NCBI GenBank assembly: GCA_964465725.1
Contig: CAYXKS010000002.1
Coordinates: 1-38,083 of the forward strand
Reading direction: 5' to 3'
DNA from: an uncultured Bacteroides sp.
Lineage (GTDB): Bacteria > Bacillota > Clostridia > Lachnospirales > Lachnospiraceae
Length of the DNA stretch: 38,083 bases
Part shown: one piece after another, positions 37,854 to 38,083 of the stretch
Layout: each line of letters starts with the position of its first letter
Position numbering within the stretch: the first letter of the stretch is position 1
Translations under genes and position numbers: made by a program
Notes under the pieces: generated by a model
What the model saw: only the letters and a program-made list of their open reading frames with translations
Told to the model about the DNA's origin: nothing
Databases searched by the model: none

Positions 37854-38083
37854 CTACGCCTTTTTCCAATAAATCTCAATCACATCCCCGCTGTGGATCT
37901 CCTCCATGTACTGCGCATCCCTTCCGTTGAGTCTTGTCACAATCCCGCTGCCCTGCGGTTTGGAAAGATCAAAATCTATGTGTTCAAATACATCCACAAA
38001 CACATAAGACATCTTGCCCGTAAGATGCACCTGCTCCTCGTTCACTGACACATAAATGGATGCTCCTGCAGGCTTCTGTACTT
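37854..38083 (-). CDS. 3' end of a gene, probably the clostridial FtsA/PilM-like protein C-terminal domain (partial)
   Basis: Frame is open to the window edge; ends LTGKMSYVFVDVF..IDFDLSKPQG..IVTRLNGR.AQYME....GDVIEIYW, as remembered for Lachnospiraceae FtsA-domain proteins. Confidence 0.6.
   Translation of the reverse strand, partial: VQKPAGASIYVSVNEEQVHLTGKMSYVFVDVFEHIDFDLSKPQGSGIVTRLNGRDAQYMEEIHSGDVIEIYWKKA

Noticed and set aside
1-38083. CRISPR arrays, tRNA/rRNA genes, prophage genes
   Set aside because: No regularly spaced repeat-spacer pattern, cloverleaf or rRNA-like sequence, or phage protein motifs were seen.

Overview
This looks like Clostridia DNA, most likely a gut Lachnospiraceae (inferred from gene families, AGGAGG RBSs, sigmaA promoters and Spo0A boxes). 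About 31 kb is one glycan locus. On the minus strand it begins with a Gram-positive-type pel operon: an SDR-fused pelD, pelE, a DUF2194/PelA-DA-like gene, pelF and pelG. This runs straight into a DUF2304-GT2 fusion, a DUF4874/DUF4832 putative hydrolase, a large GT-C-like membrane protein, DUF1919, a polysaccharide pyruvyltransferase and an F420-hydrogenase-beta-like Fe-S protein. A frameshifted ISLre2/ISKra4-like IS follows, then an AT-rich block of GT2/GT4 genes containing a second copy of the GT-C-like protein. On the plus strand are a PglK-like ABC exporter and another GT2, separated by a scar (Rpn fragment, mazF, truncated mazE). Upstream of pel lie a secreted 187-aa protein with a perfect promoter and Spo0A boxes, a divergent small protein plus soluble CZB chemoreceptor, and housekeeping genes (UPF0210/DUF711, ACT protein, WalJ-like MBL hydrolase, end of an FtsA-like gene). 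The best candidate for an undescribed system is a Pel synthase coupled to a polyprenyl-phosphate/GT-C glycan-decoration module resembling mycobacterial PpgS/Rv3632/Rv3779, in a locus whose Pel deacetylase looks catalytically degenerate. All family calls come from remembered motifs; no database search was run.
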